From Azolla caroliniana (taxonomy: Eukaryota > Plantae > Polypodiophyta), in the NCBI GenBank assembly GCA_043228905.1, contig JBHGNT010000018.1, forward strand, positions 16,802,001 to 16,866,000: a stretch of DNA of 64,000 nucleotides. The letters run 5' to 3'. The translations under genes were made by a program, and so were the position numbers. This document shows positions 48,201 through 61,181 of this stretch, one piece after another (position 1 is the first letter of the stretch; each line of letters begins with the position of its first letter). Under the pieces are notes generated by a model. That model was given only the letters and a program-made list of their open reading frames with translations, did no database searches and was not told where the DNA came from.

Positions 48201-48956
48201 GGATCGACCCTCCCGGCAAACTGCAAGCTGTCCAGCAAGCAAAGTCCCAAGACAAAGGCTGAAAAGGAGGATATGATGAAAGTGCCGTATGCCTCAGCCG
48301 TCGGGAGCTTGATGTACGCCATGGTGTGTACGAGACCGGACATCGGATATGCAGTCGGAGCGGTAAGTCGGTACATGAGCAATCCCGGCAAAGAGCATTG
48401 GAACGCGGCCAAGTGGATACTCCGATACCTGAAGGGCACAGCGAATGTGTGCCTCCGATTCGGCTCCGGTAAACCCGAACTCGACGGTTTCACCGATTCA
48501 GATATGTCGGCTGATGCAGATACCAGCCGGTCCACATCAGGGTATGTGATGACGTATGCAGGGGGAGCTGTTTCATGGCAGTCGAGGCTGCAGAAGACGG
48601 TTGCGTTGTCAACCACGGAGGCGGAGTACATGGCGGCTGTTGAAGCCGGCAAGGAAATAATATGGATGAAGGACTTCATTAGAGAGCTCGGTATCCAGCA
48701 GGAGGAGTACCGACTCTACTGCGACAGTCAGAGTGCAATCCACCTTGCGAAGAACGCGGCCTATCACTCCCGGACGAAGCACATCCAGCGAAGATATCAC
48801 TGGATCCGGGAAAGGATAGAAGACAAGGAGTTCGTGCTGACAAAGATCCACACGGACGAGAACGGGTCGGATATGCTGACCAAGGTCCTCACACCCGACA
48901 AACTGGAAGCATGCCGGAAGAGGATCGGATTGGAGAGACATCCCATGCTGAAGTGA
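45282..48956 (+). CDS. Uninterrupted copia polyprotein ORF (gag C-terminal half, CCHC, PR, INT, RT, RNase H), 1224 codons; native N-terminus missing
   Basis: CFHCGKPGHFRKNC, VDSGASFH, WHKRLCH..CTDC, HTDVC..RADNGGEY..NGLAERMN, QMDVKTAFLHG, LYVDD, FTDSD, RTKHI. Confidence 0.92.
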   Translation: MDILHPTKDAMQAIILMCTLPESWENLVVTLSTSCTEDNLSLQTVKTSILNEEARRRDKEPASDPKMLFTESDRGRQWNRSPQRREKSGTRSQSRGRPTCFHCGKPGHFRKNCRHYRKDNGADDTDSKKSPERNGAYRGATDRRGSDRRGQDRKGTTALAASEEEIMLITEEGELNIAGDETTWVVDSGASFHLTPERRYFSSYTAGEHGCVRMGNEGTCRIAGIGDVWLTTPTGCKMLLKDVRHVPEVRLNLISAGRLDDEGYTGSIRNGVMKFSKGSLIVARARKVNTLYLMNAWLCPEELNVAADTAGELWHKRLCHMSEKGMRRLAEDNLIPVKHVHLEKCTDCLAGKQNRTSFHSRPPTRRSAPLELVHTDVCQVETKSHGGAQYFVTFIDDHSRRLWTAPLKTKDQVLCVFKELHARVERESGKKLKAIRADNGGEYRGQFAEYCRSKGIRLEFTVPKTPELNGLAERMNRTIMERVRSMLAHAKLPKGFWAEAMSTATYVINRSPSIPLDGDTPQRVWTSREISYRHLKVFGCLAYVHVAKDRRGKLDPKTRACIFLGYGDDEFGYRVWDPVDKKIFRSRDIIFMEDKTLADWESEKKMKSSKSTGEDQLYEEQSRPARDRLALEDPAEDGEETEPAEEDENDTGTGSDPEMDSDEEESEEPVTEAPERRYPLRERRAPRRFPEPEHVLLTDEGEPESFEEAKHDTQSRRWLSAMQDEMDSLHENHTYELVELPKGKRALRNKWVFKLKPGDAGNPPRYKARIVVKGFQQKKGVDFDEIFAPVVKMTSIRTVLSIAASMDLEVEQMDVKTAFLHGDLEEEIYMQQPEGFEKKGKEHLVCRLKKSLYGLKQAPRQWYRKFDSFMTDEGYLKTQSDHCVFVKKFEGGDSLILLLYVDDMLIVGRDQVKIRMLKKALHRTFSMKDLCPARQILGMHIIRDRKKKQLWLSQEKYVTKVLKRFNMSEARPVGSTLPANCKLSSKQSPKTKAEKEDMMKVPYASAVGSLMYAMVCTRPDIGYAVGAVSRYMSNPGKEHWNAAKWILRYLKGTANVCLRFGSGKPELDGFTDSDMSADADTSRSTSGYVMTYAGGAVSWQSRLQKTVALSTTEAEYMAAVEAGKEIIWMKDFIRELGIQQEEYRLYCDSQSAIHLAKNAAYHSRTKHIQRRYHWIRERIEDKEFVLTKIHTDENGSDMLTKVLTPDKLEACRKRIGLERHPMLK

Positions 48957-49573
48957 AGGGGGAGTTTGTTGGGATTTCGGTCCCTTTCGGATGGGATGGT
49001 CGGATATCGGAGATGAATGCCGACAAGCCCGGTTTCGGTTTCGGATCCGGATGACGAAGACCCCGGTTTCGGTACCGGATGACGAATGTACCCGGAGAGC
49101 GATCCGGATGCAGGGACATATCCGTGAATATGTTCGCTATGGGCCCCTGAGGCTACAGTTGTAAATAGCCCAAAGTCATATAAGTATAAATATGACTTAG
49201 GGCAAACAGTTTTACTGTTGCTTGTCATTTTTCTGTTTTTCCACTTTAGAGAAGTGAAGAGAGAGCAGCCGTGAGAGAGAGATAGAGCGCGAGAGAGGAA
49301 GAGGTAGACGCCTCTGTGTATTTCCGCCGCCTGTGGCGAGGACAGCGAGCTCAAGGTCGTCGCCTTGCAGCTCGCCATTGTATACTTCTCTGTATAGTGT
49401 TGGTTTGGAGTCTTGTACTCCCGTGGTTTTTTTCCCGTATAGGGTTTTCCACGTTAATCCCTGTGTACTCGCGTTTTGTTTCTCTTTGTGGTTCCTATTT
49501 TCTGCTCCATCGATTCGCGCTTACTCGGTTGTGGCTGAGTGGTGAAGGTGAATAGAAGCTCCTATTCCTTACA
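45303..49573 (+). mobile_element. 5'-truncated young Ty1/copia (family A-related pol): PPT 48953-48966, 3' LTR 48967-49573
   Basis: GTGAAGGGGGAGTT followed by TGTTGG..TTACA. No 5' LTR or PBS upstream; left junction approximate. Confidence 0.92.
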
Positions 49574-50570
49574 GAAAAAACTTTCTTGAATCTTGACCTT
49601 TGAAGCGCTTATAGTCTACTTCTTACTTGTTGGGGAATGAGTGGAAAACCGTATTTCATAATTCCAATCTCATAAATGCGCCAAATGTTTTTCAACATAT
49701 CATGAATGTATTGTTTGACATATTCATCATCATTTATCCGGATGACATTTTGAACTTTACCAAGACTCATGAGAAAACAACTACATATAACACACCTTGT
49801 TATATTCTCACATGATACATACATTAAGAAATTGAAAGATTTAAGAAACCATGGCCAACAACCCCCTCATCAACTTTTGGACTTAAACATTCTGGAATAT
49901 ATTAGGTTCTTGTGATCATTGTAAATATTGATCAGATGGGGTGAAGCTTCTAGTAAATGACTTCGATGTTCAAATGAATGTACGATGGCATAAGCTCATT
50001 GTTGTGAATATTATAATTGTTATTCATAAATTAAAAGCACATAGAACTATCTTCAAGTAATTCTTGATGCATTTATATTCATAATTTATAAACCCCTAGA
50101 AATGTTGTACATCATAGATCATGGTGTTTTACACTCTATAATTGTTTGCACCTTTGCCACATGTAGAAAGATTCCTTGTAGGGAGATTATGCATCCTATG
50201 CATTCCACTTGGTTGCAATCAAAACCACATTTTGCATGTGTTAGGCATCGAGACCATACCTCGTAATTGTCAAAAAACTTGGTGAACATGAATAGCATGC
50301 TTCTATGGCACCTTATCTAGGAGAGCCTACTTTTGATGGTCTTCTTGGATTCTAATAATTTATAATTAATGGAAATTAGCATCTTTAAAGTACCCATAGA
50401 TTCAACTATTATCGCATGATAAATTTGTTATTTTGAAATAAACTACTATATGTGACTAATGGTAGTTCTCAACTCCAAATCTTACAACATTTCCATGACA
50501 TTCCAATGGTGAGACATTTTAGAGTTTTTTGAAGTTGTTGGTGACCCAGTGTTGTAAATTTGTTGTGGAC

Positions 50571-53500
50571 TGTTGAGATATCAAGCTCAATTAGTTTAAT
50601 CTAGTTAGTCAACACATGTAACTTAGTAGTTACCTAGATCGAATCTCGTTATTGTGTTGACCTTAAGCCTTTAAATAGGACCTTGTACTTAAGTGGGATA
50701 TTCTAGATCCTCCACTCCTTAGTACATTTAATATAGGACTTACACATAAGTACCTATGTTCTACCCACACATGTGCATCTTTACACATGGGTTGTATATA
50801 TACCTCATTGTGGGTATTTTTGTATGTTGATGACACTTTTCAATATAGTCAATCATCCCCCATTTATCTTTGTGTTTAAGTGTAACTTCCTCTTTCTCTC
50901 TCTCTTCCTCTCACACACTCTCACGCGCATATCATACTAATCTTCCGTTGCTTAACGTAACCATATAATTAGTCGCTAATTAACCCTAGTTAATTACCTA
51001 ATTACTTAACATGGTATCAGAGCGCGTGGTTTAGGAAATCCACTAAGCCCACCGCTTATTCGTGATTGTGTGTTCGAGACGCTGACGACAAATCCCGGCT
51101 ATTCACTATCCACTACCGTAGTGCCGCTACGAAGGACGTGTACGCGACCAAGAGAAGAAAAACAAAACGGAAGACACAACAATCAACATGAACAAACAAA
51201 TGGGAAGCTCACTCCCTAGTGAAAAGCTAGACTGAAGCAACTATTCATCTTGGGAGTACAAGATGAATCAATACCTTGTCGGCCAAGGGTATTGGAGCTA
51301 CATCAACAGCGCACAAGAAAACAAACCCGAAACCACACATGCCAACTACCCAACGTGGGAGCAAGGCGCAAGTCGGGTAATGTATTGCTTGGCAACATGT
51401 GTAAACGGCCACATGCTTAGCCACATTCGTGATGCCAAGATGCCCAAAGAGGCATGGGAAAATCTCAAGAAGATTTTCGCCGCGGACACATCCGCGCGCA
51501 AGCTTCAACTCCGGCAAGAGTTGAACAACATACGACAAAAAGAAATGTCCATGACGGACTACACCGCCAAGATCAAGAGCATTTGCGACTCTCTTGGCTC
51601 CATCAACATTAACATCGACGAGGACGAGATGGTGCAAGTATGCTTGGGTGGCCTCGCACAACGATTCAACCTGTTGAGAATGGCAATCTTGGCGAGAGAT
51701 ACCCCTCCCTCGTTCTTCAACCTCCAATCAATGCTATTGGTCGAAGAAAACCACGTTCAACCAAAGACCAACACATCGGAAGGACAAATGCTCTTCTCCG
51801 ATACGGATGGTGCCCATAGACGAGGTCGACGCGGAAGAGGTCAATTCGACCTATCCCACGAAGGGAATTCACAATTTCGGCAAGGAAACGGAAGCCATCG
51901 AGGAACCTTCACAAGAAGGGGGAGCTTCCACGCCGAACAAGGTCGGTGAACGACGCCACCTACATGCAACTATTGTGGCAAAATCGTCCATCGCAAAGAG
52001 GAGTGCCGAAAAAGACGAAGCGAGTTGGCCTCAACAAGCCGGCAACTCACAAATTACGCCGCGAACGCGGAATACGCAGACTACGGCGGACTCTTCGTGA
52101 TGAGGCATAGAGCGAACTCTATGATGGCCTCCGATCCCGCAAACTCCGCAAGCACCTCCAGCTCCGAACACGCGTGGTTCGTAGACTCCGGTGCCTCGCA
52201 CCACATGACGTTGCACCAAGTGTGGTTTCGCGACTTGCGAACGCCAGATCGACCCGGCTACATAGAGACCGGAGACGACACTCTACATCCCATTCGGCAC
52301 ATCGGAGATGTCCCATTCGGGAAAGAAGCGAGCAAACTTGCATCAAGAATGTCTTGCACGGGCCCACAATAACAAAGAATTTGGTCTCGGTCAGCCAAAT
52401 CGTGGAACAAGGCATGCAAGTCCGCTTCAACAATGAAGGTTGCTTCATCGAGAAAGACGACCGACTCATAGCCAAGGGACGGAGAGACGGTCGCTTGTTC
52501 ATCCTCCACTCAAACGAGGTAAAATCGGCCATGTACACCAAAGGTCTCAAGACCGAGACAAACATCGAGTTGTGGCACAAGCGAATCGGCCATGTAAACC
52601 TCCAACGGCTTCGCGGAATGTAATCAAAGGGAGTCGTAATCGGACTTCCGGCCTTCGAATCGAAACGAGTCGACCGAGTGTGTGAAGCATGCCAACTCGG
52701 CAAACAACATCGACTCCCATTCCCGAAGGAGAGCTCCGCAAGCAAAGGCCTCCTTGACATAATCCACTCGGATGTATGGGGACCGGCTCAAACACCGACG
52801 CTCGGCGGATGCCGCTACTACGTCACCTTCATCAACGACCACTCGCGCTACGCGTGGATATACCCGATGAAGAAGAAGAGCGAAGTGCTCTCCCACTTTC
52901 AAAGGCTCAAAAGCCAAGTGGAGAAAGAAACCGGTCGGCACATTCGATGCCTACGATCTGATGGAGGAAAGGAGACTTCTCCGACAAGTTCACCTCTTAC
53001 CTCCAAGGTGAAGGCATTCGTAGAGAATTCTCATGCCGACACACTCCCCAATAAAAGGGAGTAGCGGAGAGAAAGAATCGGCAAATACTCGAGGTAGCAC
53101 GCGCCATGATGCGTGAGAAGCACATGCCGAACTTCTATTGGGCGGAAGCGGCATCCACGACCGTCTATCTCATTAATCGATGCACCACAAATAGCGTGCA
53201 CGACCTTACTCCATACGAGATCTTCGTTGGAAGAAAGCCCATCCTCTCGCACCTCAAGGTGTTCGGAAGCATTGCGAATGTACGCATCCCGAACGAAAGT
53301 CGAGAGAAGCCCGACGCGAAGTCGGAAGAATGTATCCTCATAGGATAGTTGTCCGCGAAAAAGGCGTACAAATGCTTCAACCCTTCAACCCGAGTAGTGC
53401 GGATAAGTCGCGACGTCGTTTTGACGAATCGGCATCTTGGTATAAGCCCGATGCGACTCCATCCGACCCGATCGAGGAAGAATTGAATGCCAATTCGGAC

Positions 53501-54664
53501 AACGAAACTCGGCCAAGTCCTCCACCGAAGGACAATCCAAGCTCTACCGAGCTAATTGGCCCACAAGAGCCTCCATGCGATGAAAACACGTCGCGGCCAA
53601 GTCCGACATCGGACAAAGGCAAAGGTAAGATGCCCGAATACGAAGTCGAGGTCCACCCTGACGACCGTGATTTGGATGATTCGGCTCGCTCATTAGACAG
53701 TGAGTTTGGTGTACCCATCATGAGGACACTCGGAGTAAAGAAGGCGCTCACATCAACAAACGAGAAACTCCGCCGCTCATCACGAGCGAAAACCCAAGTC
53801 ACTCGTTACACCTACAACGAGTATATGGCCCATCACTATGCCCTCACGATGAAGGCAGTGGCCGAACAAAAGCCCAAGGATCCAAGCCTTCGTCACAGGC
53901 TTGAGGGGGAGAATAAGCCGCGAAGAGCCGTGCAAAGAGCCATGCAACAAAGCCGTGGAGAGCCGCGCAACGAGGCCGCGAAGACACGGAGAACCGCGCA
54001 ACAAAGCCGCGAAGACGTGGAGAACCGCACAACGAAGCTCCAAAGACACGGAGAACCGCGCAACGAAGCCACGAAGATGCGAAGAAAGCTGCGCAACACA
54101 GCCGCGGAGAGCCGCACAACGAAGCCGCGAAGACGCGAAGAAAGCCGCGCAACACCGATGCCGACGAAGCCGAAGGAAGCTAAACCGGACGTTGGACGCC
54201 TCACACTTGAGCTTGAGGGGGCGTGTTGAGATATCAAGCTCAACTAGTTTAATCTAGTTAGTCAACACATGTAACTTAGTAGTTACCTAGATCGAATCTA
54301 GTTATTGTGTTGACCTTTAGCCTTTAAATAGGACCTTGTACTTAAGTGGGATATTCTAGATCGTCCACTCCTTAGTACATTTAATGTAGGACTTACACAT
54401 AAGTACCTATGTTCTACCCACACATGTGCACCTTTACACATGGGTTGTATATATACTTCATTGTGGGTATTTTTGTATGTTGATGACACTTTTCAATATA
54501 GTCAATCATCCACCATTTATCTTTGTGTTTAAGTGTAACTTCCTCTCTCTCTCTCTCTTCCTCTCACACACTCTCACGCGCATATCATACTAATCTTCCG
54601 CTGCTTAACGTAACCATATAATTAGTCGCTAATTAACCCTAGTTAATTACCTAATTACTTAACA
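50571..54664 (+). mobile_element. Ty1/copia (family B-related) lacking RT and RNase H: LTRs 50571-51011 and 54224-54664 (441 bp), PBS 51012-51023, TSD TGGAC
   Basis: TGTTGAG..TTAACA LTR pair, PBS TGGTATCAGAGC, PPT GAGGGGGCG. gag 51263-51949, PR VDSGASHHM and INT 52678-53348 are present. After YNEYMAHHY the sequence jumps to the 3' region. Confidence 0.95.
53915..54155 (+). repeat. ~31-bp imperfect tandem repeats (GCCGCGAAGACACGGAGAACCGCGCAAC..) in the 3' region of the element
   Basis: About 7 units visible. Confidence 0.75.
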
Positions 54665-56413
54665 TGGACTACACTGGAGATGTGATATGCACATTGTTAC
54701 TCAAAGTGTCATTGCAAACCATATGGGTTACTCCAACCCTTCCCAATTCTTGATCGTTCATAGAAACCCTTTGGATTTCTTGGATGCTTATCCATCTTTG
54801 GTTTTGATGTGTCACTCTCATTGTCTAGTGACTAAGTTGTCACATTTCGTTCAATATCTTTGTTGTCTCATTAGCTACCACTAGGATGGTTCAAGTGATT
54901 ATTTGTACAAATATACTCTCTTCTTTGCCAACATGGGATAACATCCAAAATCTCAACAAATCTCGATGCAAAAGATTGTCCACCTAGACCCCAAGATGAA
55001 TTCACATTACTCCTTTCATCATTTACATGATACTCAATTCACACACAAGAAGTTTTTAGATCACCATTGTCTTAACTCCTTAGAGTGTGTATGACTTTCA
55101 CAAACGGAATTGAAAGTTTCAAATTGGGGATTGCATATGGATCTTATAAAATAATGTAAAAACCATCATGTCTTTGGGTTATCAACGACTTGAACATACA
55201 CGATCTCTGATCAAATAAATGAAGTTTCATTTTGTTTCAATCTCCCTCCTTATATGCATCTTCGTAAGTGTTCTATGTATTAATTTTGGAACCTTATGCT
55301 TCAAGATCTAATCCAAACATTTTTGCTCCTCCACCCCTGGTTTAACTAGTTGATGGTCCAAAATATGTCGAAACAATTTTGGACTCCAATGTTGTGATAA
55401 CACATTATAAGGTAGACTTTTGATGCATCAACATACATGAAAATCCCCCATCAACCAAACTTGATGACCCATGGATTGACAATTATGTAAGAGCGACCAT
55501 ACCTCAATGCAAAAATTCCCACTAATCTTATCACCACATCAAAATAATTGATTTCCATCACCAAAAAACATCATCATGGATCATTATGAAACCTTTATCA
55601 CATAATCAATTTAATTTTAGTCCTTGCTCCTTATGAACAATTATATGCATAGATTTACTAACTCACTAATCAAGAATTACATAAGGATTTACTTGTATTA
55701 TATCCTCTAAACTTGTTATTAGAGCCTATTGACCAACCCACCAATTCTAAACCCCTACTTATTTGGAGGACACAAAATTCTCCAAGAATAATTAAATTGT
55801 AAATGGGTGGGAAATCTTATACCTCACACTAAATTTTGCTACGAAAATTTCTTAGGTCCCTCCATTTTAAAATAATGTTCATTTTAATAGTATTCATATC
55901 TTTCATCGTAGTGAGCCCTTCTATTTATTCTTATGTTGTAGTTGTTGCCATTTTTTACTTATTCAACATTGATAGCTATTCTATTGCAATGTTCCTTTCC
56001 GTCATCACCTAATCTATGCCTTTGACCTTGATTTTCCTTATTCACCCGACTAGATGTTCCTTGATCCATGACCACACCAACCAACAATAAAGTAATATTT
56101 CTTCTATCTTCTATCTTTCTCTCTCCTCCAATATTGATTTTACATTGTAATGACATTCAGCCATGAAGGTCCTACACTAACCACATTTAGAACAATTCCT
56201 TTCATGTGTTCCATTTAAGCTTAAAACAAAGTCCCCTCGGTCAAGGAATATTCCTGTGCAACCACCCATGTCTTTGTATGTGTCCTACAACATGAAAATT
56301 CTATATTTATTTATAGAATTTGCATGAGCCACCTAAACTTTATGCATTTGGTGCATTTGGGTCATGAAATCAAGCAATAATCCATAATCACAATCACCCA
56401 TGTAGAATACAGG

Positions 56414-57165
56414 TGTATAATGCTCATATTCACACTGTCCCACTTGTTATGTAATTATCTCAAAGGGGCAGTTGCCCTAGCCCAATTAATATATAATTGG
56501 CTTTGTAACCTAGTTCAAAGGGGGTTGTTGCCATTCTCTTATTGTAACATTTGGAATAATACAAAACTACACTATGCGCCTCTTTGTGTCTCTCCCTCTT
56601 TGTCTTTGATTTTGATTTTCGTCAAGTTGTCTTGTTCATCTTTGTTTCGAACCTATTCAAGTTGTCTTGTTCATCTCTGTTTCAATTTTTTTCAAGTTGA
56701 TTTCTGCTACCATCAACTTGGTGTTCTTCAACAACTACATGTTGTTTCTGATTCTACACTGACAATCGCATCCCAAGACGATCTGGAAGATTGTCTCAAC
56801 CACCAAAGAGTTACTCTCCTAGACTATTCTTCACAGACATCGACGAGCCGGCGTCATACGAAGAAGCATTGGCGTGTGCCGATTCGGCCACTTGACATTT
56901 GGCGATGGAGTCGGAGATAAACTCCATCCGGTAGAATAAGACATGGGACTTAGCCAAACTACTGAAAAGTCGACGTGCTCTTCTGTGTAAATGGGTTTAT
57001 CAACTTAAAGTGACATTTGATTCAGCAAGTCCCAAATTCAAAGCCAACCTAGTAGCAAAGGTTTTCCGGTAGGAATATGGCATCTAGCTAGATGTGAAGA
57101 CGACATTCCTCCACAGTGACATAGAGGAGGAAATCTATATGGAACAACATTGATCCGTGTTATTG
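56414..57165 (+). mobile_element. LTR-like fragment followed by the start of a copia RT
   Basis: DEPASYEEAL..AMESEINSI..NKTWDL..CKWVY..FKANLVAKGF at ~56840-57065. Confidence 0.7.
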
Positions 57166-57179
57166 TCATAATCTTTTTT

Positions 57180-58580
57180 TGATGAATTGGCTCATTGACA
57201 TAGATCATTGTTATTAAAGTGTTGTCCATATCCTATGTGGAAGAAGTCCACTGTATTTTCAGTATGTTGAAAAGAAGTTGACCAAGAGAGAAACCAAAAA
57301 GGGAAGAGAATAATTCTTGTGTTGGTTAGACCCATTGAGAATTGTTTTGAATACCAAGAAACATTGCAATTACTTTCAGATATTTAATAGATTCTCTTGG
57401 TTGAAGAAAACCATATTGGGAACTAGAAATCCATCTTAGAAATCCAAAAGCTCTACCACAAGTCCAACCATTTTTGTGGACAAGGAAGAGGAAGAACACT
57501 TTTCAATGGAGAGAAAAACAAAAAAGGCAAGTATATGCATCCAAAGAATGCAATTTCCCAAATTTGATATGAATGATATAGGCAAAGAAAAAATCACAAA
57601 AGAGGGAAGACTTTTCAATGTAGAGGAAAGTGCCAAAACAATCTACAGTGTTAGAAAAAGATGAATGATGCCACCAATTATAGATGTTTCACTACCTATG
57701 CTGCTAAGAAAAAGCATTATGCACATGTGAAATCTTTTATGATTAACAATAACACTACTCCATATCAACAAGCACAAGTGAGTGACAAATATATGTTATA
57801 TGTTGACTTTGGGGTTGTCCAACCACATGACTAGCTACAATAAGTGTTTTTGAAGCTAATAGGCATCCAAACAACCTACCTATGTAAAAATGAGTGATGA
57901 TACCAATCACACAATCCTCCATTATGCAGATCCGAATTTTCCAATATCAATTGACATAATAAGAAGATCATCGAGAACCACATTTTACTTTTCCCTACTA
58001 TCACCAAAAAACATGGAGCAAGAAATGTAACACTAATTCAATAACCAGGGGTGTTTCATTATAGGGCTCAAAGACAATGGCCAACTACGTTCTTTTGGAA
58101 GGAGGGAAGGGTGCACATTCACCTTGATTAACAATAATGTAAAACCCATCATGTATAGAAAGGGTTACAAGGCCATGGAAATGCAACCAAAGTAGATTGC
58201 CCAGAGCAAACTCAGATAGTGGAACGTTATAATAGAATAAAAGTATAGTCACATAGTGGAAATGATAGATGCTATGATAAGTAAGAAGCACACACCACAC
58301 ATGTATAGAGAAGACATGATATTCACGGCCATCTATACATCGAATCAATGCCCAACCATTTGGATGGAACTCCATAACAATGATTCAATGTAAGGAAGAC
58401 AAAATTTTCACACTAAAAAGTGTTCAACCTTTTAATTTGTGTGCACATATTTCTAAGGTATATCTAATGTTGGAAAATTGCATCTTCTTGGGTTGTTGAC
58501 TAGCACAAGGAAAATAAATGCTACAACTCCTTGACCTGCAATATTTTGTAAGTCGAGATGTATGTATGATGAGTTTCCAT
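57180..58580 (+). mobile_element. Highly decayed copia (family B-like) gag-PR-INT remnant
   Basis: Traces such as YVDFG (PR) and integrase-tail similarity (CIFLG..VSRDV-like at ~58480-58570). Many stops. Confidence 0.45.
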
Positions 58581-58745
58581 CATGGATGTAGGAAAATTGT
58601 TGTCAACCTTTCTTTGAGCTGAACCATTATCCCCATGACATTATGGGATACATGTGTGTTAGGAAAAACCGTTGGGTTTTGAACTAGGAGCATGTGACAA
58701 TGAACTAAGAATTGTGGTGTCGAGGTAGAAGTGATATACAATAAA

Positions 58746-58749
<4 letters not shown>

Positions 58750-58778
<29 letters not shown>
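58750..58778. repeat. (TA)n microsatellite
   Basis: ~14 TA units. Confidence 0.9.
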
Positions 58779-58780
<2 letters not shown>

Positions 58781-61181
58781 ATGTAATAATGTATGTATAC
58801 ACGCACGTGCACGCACATTTGAAACAATGAATATACTAACGATAACGGAAGTGATATGAAATAAAACCCTAAATCATAAATAATAAGATAGTAAATCCTC
58901 ATATTAAGAACCTAACCATCTTTACCAAGAGGTATAACATAATTAAGAAAAATATTAAGTAAACCATATTTGAGAATAGCTTAGATATAAATCATCATAC
59001 ATGGGTGGAATATGAGCTATTTTAGAACCCCACAAGGTTAATCTCAAAGGATAACCACTTTGGCCTTTCATGTTTTCCCATTAATCCCTTCGTTGTGTGG
59101 CATGTATATGTGCGTGTGAGGAGATATATAGAAATGGACAATATGCAAAATATTAAGAACTTGCATTAAAAAAATCAAGGATAATTTTGCTGACAACTAC
59201 AAATGATAATCAATACTCTATTTCAAATATTTGTAGTTTATATTGAATTTCTATTGAAGTATACGTAAAAGCTAGAACAATCTAATGAGGATGGGAGAGT
59301 AAGTGGGCTATCTAAGGCATTTACTTTAGTTAATTCAAAGACATCTCCTATTCACAAAGTTAGTGGTGGGATTTAGTAACATGTGTCACTCAAGAAGTGT
59401 ATATTCACACTAAAGGTTTGTCATTGAGCTTGTTAACTTAACATTTTTTGAATGCTTTGAATGATGAAGTTTTGTTCTCTAATGAGGCATACGTTGAGGG
59501 CCCTAAGATATTTGTTGAGTTTTTTGTTTCCATTCGCATAGGTATTGAGCATGTTGTTCCTTCGGTTTCCTTGTCATGATTTGATATACCTAGGCTAATT
59601 CCCATGTGTTTTTTTACGTGGACCCAAATATATTTGTTCTTCCAATATGGTTTTCTTCACTCTTTCCCTCCACTTCTTTCTTTTTGAAATCTTATTCAAC
59701 GTCATATTCATTGTGATGTTCACCTTCCATGGCCCTTTTCTTGGAATTTTTTCCATTTCCTTTTGTTATGCCCATTTGTTGTAGACTTCTTCCCTCCCAC
59801 CTTCACTTTCCCCCATCTTGGTCAAGGCTAACTAGCCATGGGCCATGGGCCATGAGGTCTCTAGGAGTTCTTCACATCTTCCAATCCAAGTGGTCATCTT
59901 TTTTTCTATTTTTTCCGTCGTGTTCCTTCATCAAATATTCTTGCCTTCTCATCTTTGTTCTTTTTTCTCTTGATTGAGAATGATGATGATTTTATGAACA
60001 CTTTCACAATTTTTGGTTTGGTCTCAATTGGGTCCTTGTGATATTTTATAGTATGACCTTTTGTTTCAACCCGTGTCTTGTTATTTATGGATAAAACACC
60101 CCCCATTACCAAGTTACTTTTTATATCTCTGTCGAAGAATTTGAAATTTTGATGGATGGTCTAGTTGCCCATTGTTCAATTCCCAAAATTGGATTTCAAA
60201 GAATGTCAAACCCATCTCTTGGATGCCCTTGAACCATCCCTTTCTTTTCTCAAAGCAGTTACATGCCGACATTAATTTAACCCAATCCATCCCAAGCCCA
60301 TTAAGCTTTTCTTCATCGTCAAGAGAAAGTTCCCAACTCTTGCATATCCTCAAATTGCAACTTGTAGTCACCTTTGTGTGTTGTCAGTATGATATCTTCC
60401 GTCTCTTCACATCTACCCACTCAAAGAATTTCATGGTCATTCGGGGATGCAATCCTTCAAAAACTCTTTCGTGAAATCCACCAAGGCATTATCAAAGCCT
60501 ATAAATTCTAGAGTTCAACTTTGAAAAGTTGCAAATAACATGCCTTGTTGTCCTCTTATGAAGCCTTTATTGCATTGACATGTTATTAACATTGATTAAC
60601 TTGGTAATGCTACTCTACATTTAACTAACCATGTGGATGATCTTGTTAATCGCCTTCATGATGACATGTGCTCTATGATCACCATCTTGTGCATGATTTC
60701 CTCTTGTCGGGGTATCAGTCCTTGTAGCTCATTCATCTTGGGTCACAAAGTGTTGTTGCAAATTTTGAAGGATACACATACTACTTTCCATGTACATATT
60801 CTATTGTACTACCTTTAATGTTAAATCTAAATAACTTATATATTGTGTATGGTATGCATGTGTCTTTCAGTTTTTGCATATTTTGGAAACTAAAAAAGAG
60901 GTGGCATATTATGTTTGTTAAGTTTATTCCTCCACCACGTATGAGAAGTCTAAAAACAGAAAGATGAATGGCTTTACAGTGCACATGTGCACATTTGATT
61001 TATTTATCGTGTATAGACATGTACATGAAGACCTAACTACTAAAATAAATAAATAAAAGGACTCGAATGAAATGTGCTCAATATTGTCGAGACTCAACAC
61101 CTAGAGAAAACATCGCAGTGGGGTCCTTTGTTAATTCCTCAACAACTTGCAAAAGTGGGATTTTATGTTGTGCCATCATAC

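Larger units (their letters stand above)
44820..55450 (+). mobile_element. Old, AT-decayed chromovirus pol (PR ~44870-45100, RT 45250-45300 and 49574-49830, RH/INT-Zn ~50150-50570, INT/chromo 54670-55450), split by two copia insertions
   Basis: Traces in domain order: VIDGQPL, LDL*SAYSL, NAPNVFQHIMN, IYPDDIL, FHDIPMVRHF, DGPKYVETILDS. Confidence 0.6.

Noticed and set aside
59500-60800. Possible decayed gag-like region on the minus strand
   Set aside because: Too degenerate to support by eye.
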